Positions 1-10,875 of a stretch of DNA of 47,387 nt are shown here, piece by piece. Source of the stretch: an uncultured cyanobacterium. Its GTDB lineage: Bacteria > Cyanobacteriota > Cyanobacteriia > Cyanobacteriales > Microcystaceae. The stretch's first letter is position 1. Each line of letters opens with the position of its first letter. The notes under the pieces are model-generated. The model saw nothing but the letters and a program-made list of their open reading frames with translations. It searched no databases and had not been told where the DNA came from. The stretch covers positions 1 through 47,387 of the forward strand of contig CAWEDJ010000079.1 in assembly GCA_963807635.1 (NCBI GenBank), in the 5' to 3' direction. The translations under genes were made by a program, and so were the position numbers.

Positions 1-39
1 GATTCAGAATTTAATCTGAATGATTCACCAGAACCGTAG
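1..39 (+). CDS. rbcX: 3' end of upstream gene, probably RuBisCO chaperone RbcX (partial)
   Basis: Open frame DSEFNLNDSPEP* ends 28 nt before rbcS. An acidic tail and the rbcL-rbcX-rbcS order of beta-cyanobacteria fit; the call is positional only. Confidence 0.55.
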   Translation, partial: DSEFNLNDSPEP

Positions 40-67
40 TTTTTTATTCAACCAGGTAAAGTAAACC

Positions 68-409
68 ATGAAAACCTTAGCTAAAGAGCATCATTACGAA
101 ACCCTTTCCTACTTACCCCCTTTAACTGATCAACAAATTGCTAAACAAATTCAATTTTTGTTCGATCAAGGTTACATTCCTGCGGTTGAGTTTGAACAAG
201 ATCCCAAGCCTGCTGACCACTATTGGACAATGTGGAAGTTGCCTTTATTTAGTGCTAGCGCTCCCCAGGATGTTTTATCAGAAGTTCGGGAATGCCGCTC
301 TGAGTATGCTAATTCCTACATTCGGGTGATTGGTTTTGACAATATCAAACAGTGTCAAACGGTGAGCTTTATTGTTCACAAACCCAACCAGGCTCAAAGC
401 CGTTACTAA
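68..409 (+). CDS. rbcS: RuBisCO small subunit
   Basis: Motifs [20 protein letters not shown] and [13 protein letters not shown]; 113 aa. Confidence 0.99.
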   Translation: MKTLAKEHHYETLSYLPPLTDQQIAKQIQFLFDQGYIPAVEFEQDPKPADHYWTMWKLPLFSASAPQDVLSEVRECRSEYANSYIRVIGFDNIKQCQTVSFIVHKPNQAQSRY

Positions 410-430
410 GATAAGTCTTAAAATTTATAA

Positions 431-481
431 GATCCCCCCGTCCTACGGACACCCCCCTTATCAAGGGGGGCAGGGGGGATC
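431..481. repeat. Cyanobacterial GC-rich dispersed palindromic repeat (REP/SDR-like)
   Basis: GATCCCCCC...GGGGGGATC outer stem enclosing CCCCCCTTATCAAGGGGGG and CCGTCC-TAC-GGAC hairpins. Confidence 0.75.
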
Positions 482-566
482 GAGTGAAAACTCTACTGTC
501 GCTTTAATTGTAACCAGCTACTTAGGTTTTTAACTTTTGTTTAACTTTAAAGTAAGTTTATCAGAT

Positions 567-589
567 GACCCACTTCGGTGGTTTTTTTT
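567..589 (+). terminator. Rho-independent terminator after rbcS
   Basis: CCAC-TTCG-GTGG stem with a UUCG tetraloop, followed by 8 T. Confidence 0.75.
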
Positions 590-597
590 GTGTCTGA

Positions 598-1203
598 TTA
601 CATTCCATAAAAAGGTAATGCTTCTGACCAGATAGGGCGTATTCCTGCTTGCCAATCTTGATACGCTAGGTTTAATAAATCGGATACATTATTACCTAAA
701 TGATCAGGGGTTATAAAGATGTTTTCATTGGGAGCAAAATACGCTAATTTTTCTTGCCATTCTTCGGGTTCTAATAAACCATCGGGTAAAATTGTGATTA
801 ATTTTTTCTGCCCTGAAATTTGATAAACTGCGCCATAAATTTGCTCTTTTGTAGCGGACATTTGTACGGGAATCAGTTGATTAATTCTCACTTGCTCTCT
901 GATTGACCAGGCAAAAATCGCTAAACTGGAGAGAGCAAAAACGGGAATCTTTAATTGTTGTCCAGGGTTCGGGCGGTGACTAAACCAATACGAGTGCTAG
1001 TAAAACTGCCACCCCTTGGGCGACGGCGATAAAGGCGATCGCGTCCAGGTTTGGGGGGAGATAAAGTCAGCAAGATGTTGATGTAAAATATTCGATAATT
1101 CCCGACCTAAATCCCAGACTTGACTGCGGGTTTCTACATCAAAATTACTGATAGCAAGACCCAATTGGGAACTAGTCGTATGTAAAGCTAAACCATATTT
1201 CAT
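598..1203 (-). CDS. tsaB: tRNA threonylcarbamoyladenosine biosynthesis protein TsaB (three apparent 1-nt deletions at about 1044, 1011 and 961; probably sequencing errors)
   Basis: N-term LALHTT. Stitching frames gives IAFIAVAQG(P)GSFTSTRIGLVTARTL(G)QQLKIP and the C-term WSEALPFYG. The two ORF pieces are in the same frame, consistent with three -1 shifts. Confidence 0.9.
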
Positions 1204-1299
1204 AATTAAAATTTGCTAACAGAAAAATTTGTAGAACGATCTAAAACTACTTTTTGATCAGAGGTAAAAAGGGTCTTTTATAATTGGAAATCGGATTAT

Positions 1300-3983
1300 T
1301 TAAGGAGTCAGGAAATCAGAAGAACAAATATTCACGTCGCCAAAGTATAGCGTAAAGGTACTGCCTTGATCGACCTGACTTTGTAATTCAATCCGTCCTC
1401 CCATCATTTGGGTCAGTCTTTGGGTGATGGATAATCCTAAACCTGTGCCACCATATTTACGAGTGCTTTGACCATCATTTTGGGTAAAGGCTTCAAAAAT
1501 TTTGGTCTGGCTACTGGGTGGAATGCCAATTCCTGTGTCGGCGATCGCAATTTTTAATCCTGTTGTATTAACCTTTTTTGATTCGGCGGGATAGGCAGAA
1601 ATATTAACGGCGACCTGTCCAACTTCCGTGAATTTGAGAGCATTGCCGACTAAATTGAGTAATATTTGACGCAGACGAATGCCATCCATTTCAATTAAAA
1701 GAGGGACATTTTCTTCAATCTTAAAAATTAATTCCAATTGCTTTTCCTTGGCACTATAGGTAAATGTCTGTTTAACAGATTCAAGCAATTCTTGCAGGTT
1801 AACCTCTTCTGGTTGGAGAATCATCTTGCCTGACTCAATGCGAGAAAGATCCAAGACATCGTTAATTAAGCTCAATAAATTTTTACCGCTTGAACTGATG
1901 GCTTCTAAATATTCTTTGCCTTCTTCATCTTCGATTAAATCTTCCAAAAGATAGCTAAATCCTAGTACCGCATTGAGGGGAGTACGGATTTCATGACTCA
2001 TATTGGCGAGAAATTCACTCTTGGCTTTGTTGGCAGTTTCCGCTTCTTGTTTGGCTAAGATCAGTTCTTGGTTGGTTTTTTCGAGTTCCTTGAGTCGCTG
2101 TTTTTCCTGCTCTAATAATTGGGATTGGGCGATCGCGATTCCCACCTGGTCGCTACGGCTTCGATCAGTTCAATTTCATCTGCTGTCCAATAACGATAAT
2201 TATCACACTGATGAAGGGCAATTAAACCATTCAGTTTACCTTGATAAAATGTACCGACCGCCAGCAGAGATTTAAGTTGGATTTTCTGCAAAACAAAGAT
2301 TGCATTTTGTAAAAGCGGATCTTGATACACATCTTCTACGGCGATCGCTTTTTCCTGAGAAGTCAATGTTTCTAAATGGGGATTATTTTCAATCGGCATC
2401 TCAAATAATAGAATTGAAGGAAAATCACCGTTTAAATATTCCGTCACAAAAGAAAAATTTGGAAAAGAAAAGCGGTTAGGAGCAGTTGACATCGTATGCA
2501 ATAAACAACGATTTACCTGAAAAACCTTGCCAATTTCCTCGACTGCTGTTTGGAAAATTTCACCATAATTAAGATTTTGGCGAATCTTATCCGTTAAGGT
2601 CTGTAAAAGTAAGGTCTTATTTAACTGATGTTCGAGGGCTTGTTCTGCTAAAATTTGACGAGTCACATTCTGCACAGTGCCGTACAATCGACTCGGTTGT
2701 CCTTCCGCATTAAATTCCATTTGACCGATCGCTTTAACATAACGAATTTCACCATCAGGCAGAGGATGCCGCAAAACAATTTCGTAGGATTCTCCCGTTG
2801 CGATCGCCCTGTCCACCATTTGCTGCAATTTTTTTGCATCTTCAAGGAGATAAAGCTTTAAATTTTCTTCATAGCTGGGTTCACCCAAACTCGGATTACA
2901 ATCCAAAATTTGATACATTTGTTGCGTCCAAGTGATTTTTTTGCTCATCAGATTATATTCCCAATTCCCAATCTGGGCGACTTGTTGGGCATCAATGAGC
3001 AGGGCTTCTCTTTTTCGTAGGGCTTCTTCGATTTGTTTGCGAGCATTGATATCCCGATGAGTCCCCGACATTCGCACAGGCAGACCTGCTTTGTCCCACT
3101 GAACGACCTTACCAAAATTAGAGATCCAGACGTATTCCCCCGATTTAGCCAAGACTCGATAATCAAAATGGTAGGGAATCTGAGGCTCCTGAAGATGTTT
3201 CTGTAAAAGATCAACGACCCAAAAGCGATCGTAGGGATGAATTAGGTTTATCCAGGCTTCAATACTTTTCGGGGTATCGTTTTTCCCATATCCCAACATC
3301 TGTAACCAACGAGGACTGGTATAAATTTCCCCCGTCGTAATATTCCAATCCCAAAGCCCGTCCCCCGAAGCATCTAGGGCTAATTGCAAACGTTCTTGTT
3401 TTTCCCGAAGAATCACTTCTATTTCGTGACGTTCTTGTAATTCAATCGTTCTTTGCTCAACCCGAAACATCAAATCTCGATGGGATTGTTTTAATTGTTC
3501 TAAGGCTATTGCCTGTTCCATTGCCGCTTCTACATGACTGATTAAATTATGCAGACATTCTATCTCTGAAATTGACCAGTTACGGGGATATTTACAATCA
3601 TGAATATCTAATCTTCCCCAAAGACTTTGATGAATATAAATAGGAATTTTAGCAATAGTTTTAATCTGAAATGATGCTAAGAAAGCTCTTTTTTCTTCAC
3701 TCGACTTAGCCTTATTAATATCATTAATGACTTCCACTTGATGTTGTCGATAGGATGCTAGATCGACTGAAATTAAAGAAATATCCCTATTCAACATAGA
3801 AGCATAGGGTTCTTCGACCGATTCTACTAATCCTTGCCGATGGCCATCAGAGTGAATACGACAAATCATCACTCGCTGTCCTCCCAATAAATGGCGAACT
3901 TCAGTGACCGTTGTTTCAAGAATATGGGAAGGTGTAAGTGAGGCGCGAATTTTTAAAATACTTTTCGAGAGAGCTATTCTCAC
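1300..3983 (-). CDS. Sensor histidine kinase, GAF-PAS/PAC-PAS/PAC-GAF-HisKA-HATPase (one frameshift at about 2148)
   Basis: H box [15 protein letters not shown] box [11 protein letters not shown] boxes DTGIGI and GGTGLGL, PAS motif GDGLWDWN. Adding one C at ACC(C)AGGTG joins ...[13 protein letters not shown]... Confidence 0.9.
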
Positions 3984-5179
3984 AAAATCCCCCTAGTAAA
4001 TTCATTGAATAACAATAAAATTTTTTAATAAACAGATGGGGAAGGAACGGTTAATCATTGTTTTTGAGAAAAGAACAATCAGGAAAGTCAAAGATTTAAT
4101 CCCATACCATCCTATCATAAACATCTTGAGGAAGTTTGTGATCTAAATCTCATTTTGAACTTTAAAATACCTCCCGTAATTCTAAATGGGACTCGATCTC
4201 TTGACGCGATCGCCAAGGGGTACGTAACTGATTTTTAGCATAGAGAGGAAGTTGATCGCCGACATGAGCCGAGTAGGGTTGGCTGGCATTCCCATAGACC
4301 GTCAAAACCTTAGCTTGAATGGGATCAGAAAAGGCGATCGCGGCAATAAAACTATCGCCAAAAATCGCTTGGGATTGTCCGTTTGGAAGAGATTGCAAAT
4401 CCAAAACCCGAAAACTTCCCAACTCTCCTGGCCCACCATTGGCAGGTAATTGATATTTTCCCGCCTTCATTTTAACGAAATCTCCCCAGGGAACATCGAG
4501 GGAGCCATAGAGATATTTCATTTGAGCCGCGACTCCTTCTAAAACCGCGAGAGCAGTATTAATATCTGCCAAACCCGTTGGAGTATTAAGGGGATTGTCT
4601 GCTTGCCAGGGTTTAGAGAAAATTCGATTTTGTCCAAGGGTTGATGCCCATAATGAAAATAAAACGGCTCCCCGACTATCGGGATTGGCTTGATGATCCC
4701 ATTTTTTTAAAACTTCTACAGCTTCTAATCCCAGGGGATTGGCTAATAATTTAGCGGTCGGAATCAGGAATTCTAGAATGCGATCGGCTATTTCAAATCG
4801 GGACGAAAATTTATCCTTAATCATGTCTTCAAAGCTAATTTTTTTATTTCCCTGTAATAATTTAATTGACCGTTGAGTACGAAAAATATCGGGTGCATCG
4901 GCAAGGGAAGATCCTGCTAAATTCTCGGCATAATTTTGGGGCTTTAATTGGGTTGGAAAGGTACTTGTCCAGGGGGGATCATTGGTATTTTGTAACCAGC
5001 CTGTCCCAGGATTATGCAATTTGGGTAACGCTTCATAGGGCAAATAATCCGTCCAGAGAGTTTTAGCCGTATTTCCTGCAATGATTCCCCGCCAAAATGA
5101 CCAATCTTTCTGACGTTTGGGCGCGATCGCGTTGTAGAGATAAAAAATTTCTCCTCGCTTGTCGGCATAAAGCACATTA

Positions 5180-6240
5180 CAGCAATTTCCGATCAAACGC
5201 ACCACGAAAAAGCTATCTCAAAGGCTCAAAGTAGAGACCACAATGTTGGAACCAATCAAGAGCATTTTCATCAGTAATGGTATTGATCGCATTAGTAATA
5301 GCTTCGTCAAGAGCCTCGATTGTTCGAGCTTTAGCAGAGCGAATAATTTCTTTTAATTTAGACCAACACAACTCAATTGGTGATAAATCTGGCGAATAGG
5401 AAGGTAAAAATTTAACCTTGGCTCCAACAGATTCAATCAGATTTGTAGTGACGGTAGCGTAATGTACAGACAAATTATCCATCACGACAATTGCCCCTGC
5501 CCATAACTGAGGTAATAATACTTGCTCAATAAAGACTAAAAAACTATCGGTATTTAGACTGCCAGGAAAGGTCATTGAGGCAATCAAACCTTCATCACTC
5601 ATCGCCCCAATTAAAGTGATGTTTTGTCCTTTATTTCCTGGACGCTCATCATAAACCCTTTCTCCTCCCAGACAACGCGCATAGAGTCTTACCATCGCTA
5701 GATTAAGACCCGTCTCATCAATGAATATCAGGTTTCTTATATCTATCGTCTCTAGCCAACGTCTAAATTCATAACGCGATTCTTTAACCTTTTCTGTGCC
5801 TTGCTCACTTGCTACTAATGTTTTTTTTTTACGCCCTAATTCTAAACGTGTAAGAGTTCGACTTACCCCCGATATACTTACTTCTATTCCTTTCTCTTGT
5901 TGCAATTTTTCTTGGATTTCTCGTAAATATATATCATTTTGTTCTGCAACTATTTTTTTTAATAATTCTTCGTCTTCACCCTTTATCTTTGAACGGCGAT
6001 CTCCCCCTTGGGGTTTGGGTGCTATTTCATTTGTTTGTCGATACCGACGTAAAAAATCGCGAACGAAAGATAAGCTAACCTTAAATCGTTTTGCTAAACC
6101 TCTTTGAGTATTTTCTTGGTTTTGCCATGCCGTTAGTATTCTTTGGCGTAAATCTAGCGAATATGCTGCCATATCTCATTAATTTTTTTAAGTTTTTTTC
6201 ATGTTACCATACTTGTAGCGGGTTTGAACGAAATTTGCTG
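5180..6240 (-). mobile_element. IS630-family insertion sequence (1061 bp) with TA target duplication
   Basis: TA at 5178-5179 and 6241-6242. Terminal inverted repeats CAGCAATTTCCGATCAAAC / CAGCAAATTTCGTTCAAAC match at 16 of 19 positions. Confidence 0.96.
5213..6172 (-). CDS. IS630-family transposase
   Basis: N-term AYSLDLRQRI HTH. DDE triad in FIDETG, VMDNLSVH and YSPDLSPIELCWSKLK. Confidence 0.97.
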   Translation of the reverse strand: MAAYSLDLRQRILTAWQNQENTQRGLAKRFKVSLSFVRDFLRRYRQTNEIAPKPQGGDRRSKIKGEDEELLKKIVAEQNDIYLREIQEKLQQEKGIEVSISGVSRTLTRLELGRKKKTLVASEQGTEKVKESRYEFRRWLETIDIRNLIFIDETGLNLAMVRLYARCLGGERVYDERPGNKGQNITLIGAMSDEGLIASMTFPGSLNTDSFLVFIEQVLLPQLWAGAIVVMDNLSVHYATVTTNLIESVGAKVKFLPSYSPDLSPIELCWSKLKEIIRSAKARTIEALDEAITNAINTITDENALDWFQHCGLYFEPLR

Positions 6241-7747
6241 TAAACATCGGGATTTGTAACTTTTGCCAGGCTTTTTCAAAACTCGATAAATTAGTCGCCT
6301 TTCCCATTTCCCAAAATTGTTCAATAACATGAGGACGATCCAAGCCCCCCACTCTCAGGGCATAGGCGCGATCGCTCTGCTGGGAAACCACTACGCCATG
6401 TACAGATCGTTTAACATCCCATTCCAATTCCTGATAATCGCCGCTCGCCTGTTTGATTTTTAGTTTATGAGTTTCCGTTTCAAATTCCTTCACTTTTCCG
6501 TCCCAGAGATAGCCTTGATCCTGAAGGGTCAATTCATAAAGATTGACATTGTGGGGATCATTCACCGTCAATGTCCAGCCCAACTGATCATTAAAGGCGA
6601 TCGTGAGCATGGGCATTCCCACCAAAGCGGCTCCATAGAGATCCAGTCCAGGCGCACGTAATTGAGCTTCATAGAACAGAAAAGAATCCACCCAGGGTAA
6701 GTGGGGATTGGCCGATAACATCGCCTTCCCTGATGCTGATTTTTTCGGTGCGATCGCCCAGGCATTCGAGCCTGCATTCGGTCTAGTTAGCTTTAAAGAT
6801 TCAATCTGTTGAGAATTGGTTAAAAATTGAAAATATAACACTCGTTGCACATGGGCTAAAACATCCACTCCCGTAATAGGTAAAACAACTTTAAGAGATT
6901 CATCAATTTCCTGGGGATGTTGTTCGACATATTGGTTAATCCCTTGAGCAAATGCTTCTAAATATTTTTTCATTTCTGGGCTTTGTTCCTGATACCAACT
7001 GACTGCCCGTTGCGGAACTCCCATCGTTTTCACAAACTGATCCGTTGATAACTCATTAATTCCCCAATATTCTGCCGCCCTTCCCCTAGCTTGACCGTAG
7101 AGTTTCAGAATTAAATTGCCATGACTGTGGGTCTGCGCCCAACCAAAGGCTCGAAATAGGGCTTGATTATCCTTTGCTTCAATATGGGGAACTCCCCAGA
7201 TATCCCAAAGAATTTCTGTTTTAGTCGCTCCGACTGTTGGCATTTTCGTCATCATTAATAGGACAAAAATTAATCCTAAAATCAAGATAATTTTCCGTTT
7301 TATTTTTCGTGACTTTTGATAATATTGATTCATTATTAATTTGTCTTAAATATTTTTAAATCGAAAATTTGCAATAATTTTATGCCGAAAATTACTAGGT
7401 CATTAAACAATATTCTTCCCTACTCTAACAGCATCAGCCAGAGCAATTACCATCTTTTTTACTTCAGCAATATTTATTTTGGCACGATCAAGAGCCAGCA
7501 GATTGCTCCCTCCGAGTAAAACTCAAAAAAAAGTGTGCAGTTCCTTGCTTTTTGTCAAGTACATTTTATACCAAACCTAAAACGTCTTACTTTTAGTAGG
7601 ATTTTTTTTGACGGAAGTAACTTTGTAAGGTAAATCAGTTTATGGTAGAAAAAAGAAATCCCCGATACCTTGGATTGTATGAAAGTAAAAACCTCCAAGC
7701 TGAATCTAAGGATGAATCGTTCTTCCGCTCTAGGATTGCCATAGACC

Positions 7748-9212
7748 ATGCCTACCCCAGAAAACAAATCAACGACTCCCAACGGTAAAAATAGTGAGAC
7801 TCGTCAATTGCTCAGTCCCATCAGGGAAAAATTAAAAAAAGGAGTCAATCCCAATCAAATCATTCAAGAGACAGTCAACCCTCTTAATGAAAAAATGAAG
7901 GAACGCTATGAAGGGGTTGTTCCTAGCGCGGAACTCAACGGTACGCTCAATAAATTCCAGTCAGATAAATTAATTCAACACTACGATAAATATGGCACGT
8001 TTGATGGGGCATTACCCAATGGAACAATACCTAAAATAAAATCTGCTACCGTAGGAACCGTTAGCGATACGGAAAATACTTTAACGAATTATCTGAATGA
8101 TTATAGTGGTGTCATTGCGATAGTTGTCTTCGGTGTAGGGTTAGTTTGGCTGAAAGCGGCTGATGTTCATGTGAAAGTCTATGAGTTGGTGGCAGGGGAA
8201 GAGGGCCTCTTACCGAAAATTTCTTGAAAAAATTGGTCAGGGAAAAGAAACCATCTCGGACAGTAATTTATTTCTCTATAACAAGGCCCTAAAAGAAGTC
8301 GAAGGATTGGCAAAATTAGCTCTGAGAATCGATAACGAAAAATTTGGTCAACGGGAATTTTTATTGTTTGCAAAAATTCAATTTTGTTTGAGTAATAATA
8401 TCGGTGAATATGATGGTTTACAAGGAAATATTGAACTCCTCCAAGCCGCTCTCCAAGCCCAAAGTAGCTATATCACGATTCATCAAATTGAATTAAGTTC
8501 CCAGGGAAGTAAACAGCAGGAATTTTATCACTACACCTATACTCAACTCCAAGAAGATCCTGATGCTCAATACTTAAGAATAAATATTCAAAATAAGTTG
8601 GCAGAGGTTTTACCCCAGGTGAAAACGGAGGAAGGCAGAACAACCTTAGAAGCCTATACTAAAGCCATTAGTGAATTAGCGGATTCTCCTTTTGCTTTAA
8701 AATTATTGGTTAAATTTAAGGCGTTACACCTGGATGATTTTTCTAACCTAAGAAGAATTTCTGAATTAATTAATAGTTTAAATGGTAAAGAAGTAGAAGA
8801 TTTAAAAACAGTGACTTACCTCGTCATGGCGAATTATGATGACTTTGAAGCGATCGCCGAAATTATTGGTTTAACCGAAAAACAACGTAGCCCAGACACC
8901 TTTGCCCGCATGATTCAATATATTGCCCTGATTTATCGTTACCAAGACTCTTTTAATAAATTTCAGCAATTAATTCAAGTTATGCGTCAGTGGTATAAAC
9001 CCTACAGAGTGATTCAAGAAATTCGTAAAGAACACTCTCCCGAAACCCATTGGCAACCCAAGGATTTTGAGAGGGAAATTCCAGGATTATCCCTTTATTC
9101 AAAATATAAAGACTCCCTAACGGATCAAAAAACGGGTTATTCCTACATTGATTTTGGGGAAGAATTAGAAAATCTAACAACCCAAGATCAAGGGCAAACT
9201 CTTAAGCAATAG
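7748..9212 (+). CDS. Hypothetical membrane-anchored helical protein (ORFs 7748-8227 and 8181-9212 are probably one frameshifted gene)
   Basis: The two ORFs overlap by 47 nt and are offset by +1. A TM segment GVIAIVVFGVGLVWL precedes the junction; GGCC at 8204 and an A run at about 8216 lie in the overlap. No family recognised. Confidence 0.6.
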
Positions 9213-9306
9213 CATTACCCAAGAAAGGAACAAAAAAAGCGAGCTTCTCCGTCGCGATCGCGCTCATATTTTTGAGTGGATGGCGATCGGCGGCTCAAGC
9301 TGATTT

Positions 9307-9759
9307 TTATGGGAGCCAATCAGGGTCAAGAATTTGTTCAACTCGATAGGGACAATTTAGGGGAAAGAGATCGGCAGATAGCTGGGATTTCCGAATTGCA
9401 TTTTTTCGTGCTTTTTGATAATTTTTATCCACAACGGTTAGCAAATAGTTATACAGAACTTTAGATTCAAGCAATAAATCAAGTTCTAACCTAAAGTTAT
9501 CAATTTCATTTTTCCAACCCCTATCTGACCAAGTTTTTTCAGTTTCCCAATATTGATAAAGGAGAAGATGGATGAGTAGTTTCAGCAAATAACTTTCGAC
9601 TTTATGACGTTGTTCACTCCCCAACGCTTCTACCTCCTCAATTAAATGCGTCCAGTCTAAATCTTCGAGGTCATGATTTTGAAGTTGGGCCAGGGTCAGA
9701 TCTAACCATTCAACATAGTCTTTTTCGTAAAGTGAAGTGGAAGAAGTCGCTAGTGTCAT
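9307..9759 (-). CDS. DUF29 family protein
   Basis: LYEKDYVEWL, LDWTHLIEEVEALG, LLIHLLLYQYW and FPLNCPYRVEQILDPDWLP. Start placed at ATG 9759 because the ATG at 9783 overlaps a -10-like element. Confidence 0.92.
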   Translation of the reverse strand: MTLATSSTSLYEKDYVEWLDLTLAQLQNHDLEDLDWTHLIEEVEALGSEQRHKVESYLLKLLIHLLLYQYWETEKTWSDRGWKNEIDNFRLELDLLLESKVLYNYLLTVVDKNYQKARKNAIRKSQLSADLFPLNCPYRVEQILDPDWLP

Positions 9760-9822
9760 TGTCAATTTTCTTTTTTTTTGCATCGTAACACAGCAAAAGT
9801 TTTAAAGGGCGATCGCGTTTTT

Positions 9823-10821
9823 TTAACCCCAACAAAAGGCCGTTGCGCCCCAGGTTAATCCAGCCCCAAACCCAGAGGCGACGACTAAATCTCCAGATTT
9901 AATTTTTCCTGCTCTTACCGCTTCATCAAGGGCAATGGGGATAGAACCTGCGGAAGTATTACCGTATTTCGCTACATTACTAATCACTTTTTCTGAAGGG
10001 ATCTTGAGGCGATCGCTGACGGAATCCATAATGCGTTGATTTGCTTGGTGGAGAATCAGCCAATCAATGTCTTCAGTGGTGATATTCGCCTTAAATAACA
10101 CTTTTTCAATCACTTCTGGGACTTTTGCCACCGCAAAGCGATATACTTCCCGACCATTCATCGTAATGGGTTGATAGGTTCCCTGACCAACGGATTTTTC
10201 ATTCGTTAGATTTTTGTTTTCTCCCTGATAGGCCAAATTTAAACAATGATTGAGACTGCCATCACTATGTATTTCAAATCCTAAGAGGCGATCGCTATCT
10301 TCATTTCCCTGTAAAACTACTGCCCCCGCACCGTCTCCAAACAAAACACAGGTAGCGCGATCGCTCCAATCCACCCAACGCGAGAGAATATCTCCCCCAA
10401 TCAACAAAACATTGCGATAAACACCCGTGCGAATAAATTGGGAAGCCGTCACTAATCCCACCACAAAACCCGAACAGGCCGCCGTGAGATCAAAAGCCAT
10501 TGCCCTGGTCGCGCCTAGTTGAGATTGAACCTTAACTGCTGTGCCAAATAAGTCATCGGGGGTAGAAGTCGCCAAAATAATTAAATCCAGATCCGTTGCC
10601 GCTAATCCTGCCATTTCTAAGGCCCGCATTCCCGCTTGAGTGGCAAGATTGGCGAGGGAATCATCGGCAGAACAAATATGACGTTCCCGCATCCCCGTGC
10701 GGCTTTGAATCCACTCATCCGAGGTTTCTACTATCTCGCTCAGATCGTCATTCGTTAAAATCTGATTCGCCGTCGCTGAACCACTGCCGATAATGGTAAT
10801 ACCTATCCCAACGCTATTCAA
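9823..10821 (-). CDS. fabH: 3-oxoacyl-ACP synthase III
   Basis: DLTAACSGF (Cys), ILHQAN (His), YGNTSAGS (Asn) and GFGAGLTWG. Confidence 0.98.
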   Translation of the reverse strand: MNSVGIGITIIGSGSATANQILTNDDLSEIVETSDEWIQSRTGMRERHICSADDSLANLATQAGMRALEMAGLAATDLDLIILATSTPDDLFGTAVKVQSQLGATRAMAFDLTAACSGFVVGLVTASQFIRTGVYRNVLLIGGDILSRWVDWSDRATCVLFGDGAGAVVLQGNEDSDRLLGFEIHSDGSLNHCLNLAYQGENKNLTNEKSVGQGTYQPITMNGREVYRFAVAKVPEVIEKVLFKANITTEDIDWLILHQANQRIMDSVSDRLKIPSEKVISNVAKYGNTSAGSIPIALDEAVRAGKIKSGDLVVASGFGAGLTWGATAFCWG

Positions 10822-10875
10822 TCAATTTCTCCCTTGTGATGGCAATAAAGCAAGGATAAGACCAAAATCCGAGGT

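Larger units (their letters stand above)
4162..7333 (-). pseudogene. Penicillin acylase / AHL-acylase family Ntn-hydrolase (peptidase S45) interrupted by IS630
   Basis: Signal peptide, WDIWGVPHI, beta-chain start GSNAWAI and ANPHLPW. Removing the IS restores IPMFNVLYADKRGEIFY. Confidence 0.93.

Noticed and set aside
7405..7525. Possible gene remnant on the minus strand (VLLGGSNLLALDRAKINIAEVKKMVIALADAVRVGKNIV*)
   Set aside because: No start codon or recognisable family; it could be chance.
7555..7782. 75-aa minus-strand ORF, and other short antisense or alternate-frame ORFs in the track (e.g. 11435-11785, 36550-36798, 38086-38487, 46388-46702)
   Set aside because: These are shadows of real genes or cross promoter/terminator DNA, with no motifs or RBS.
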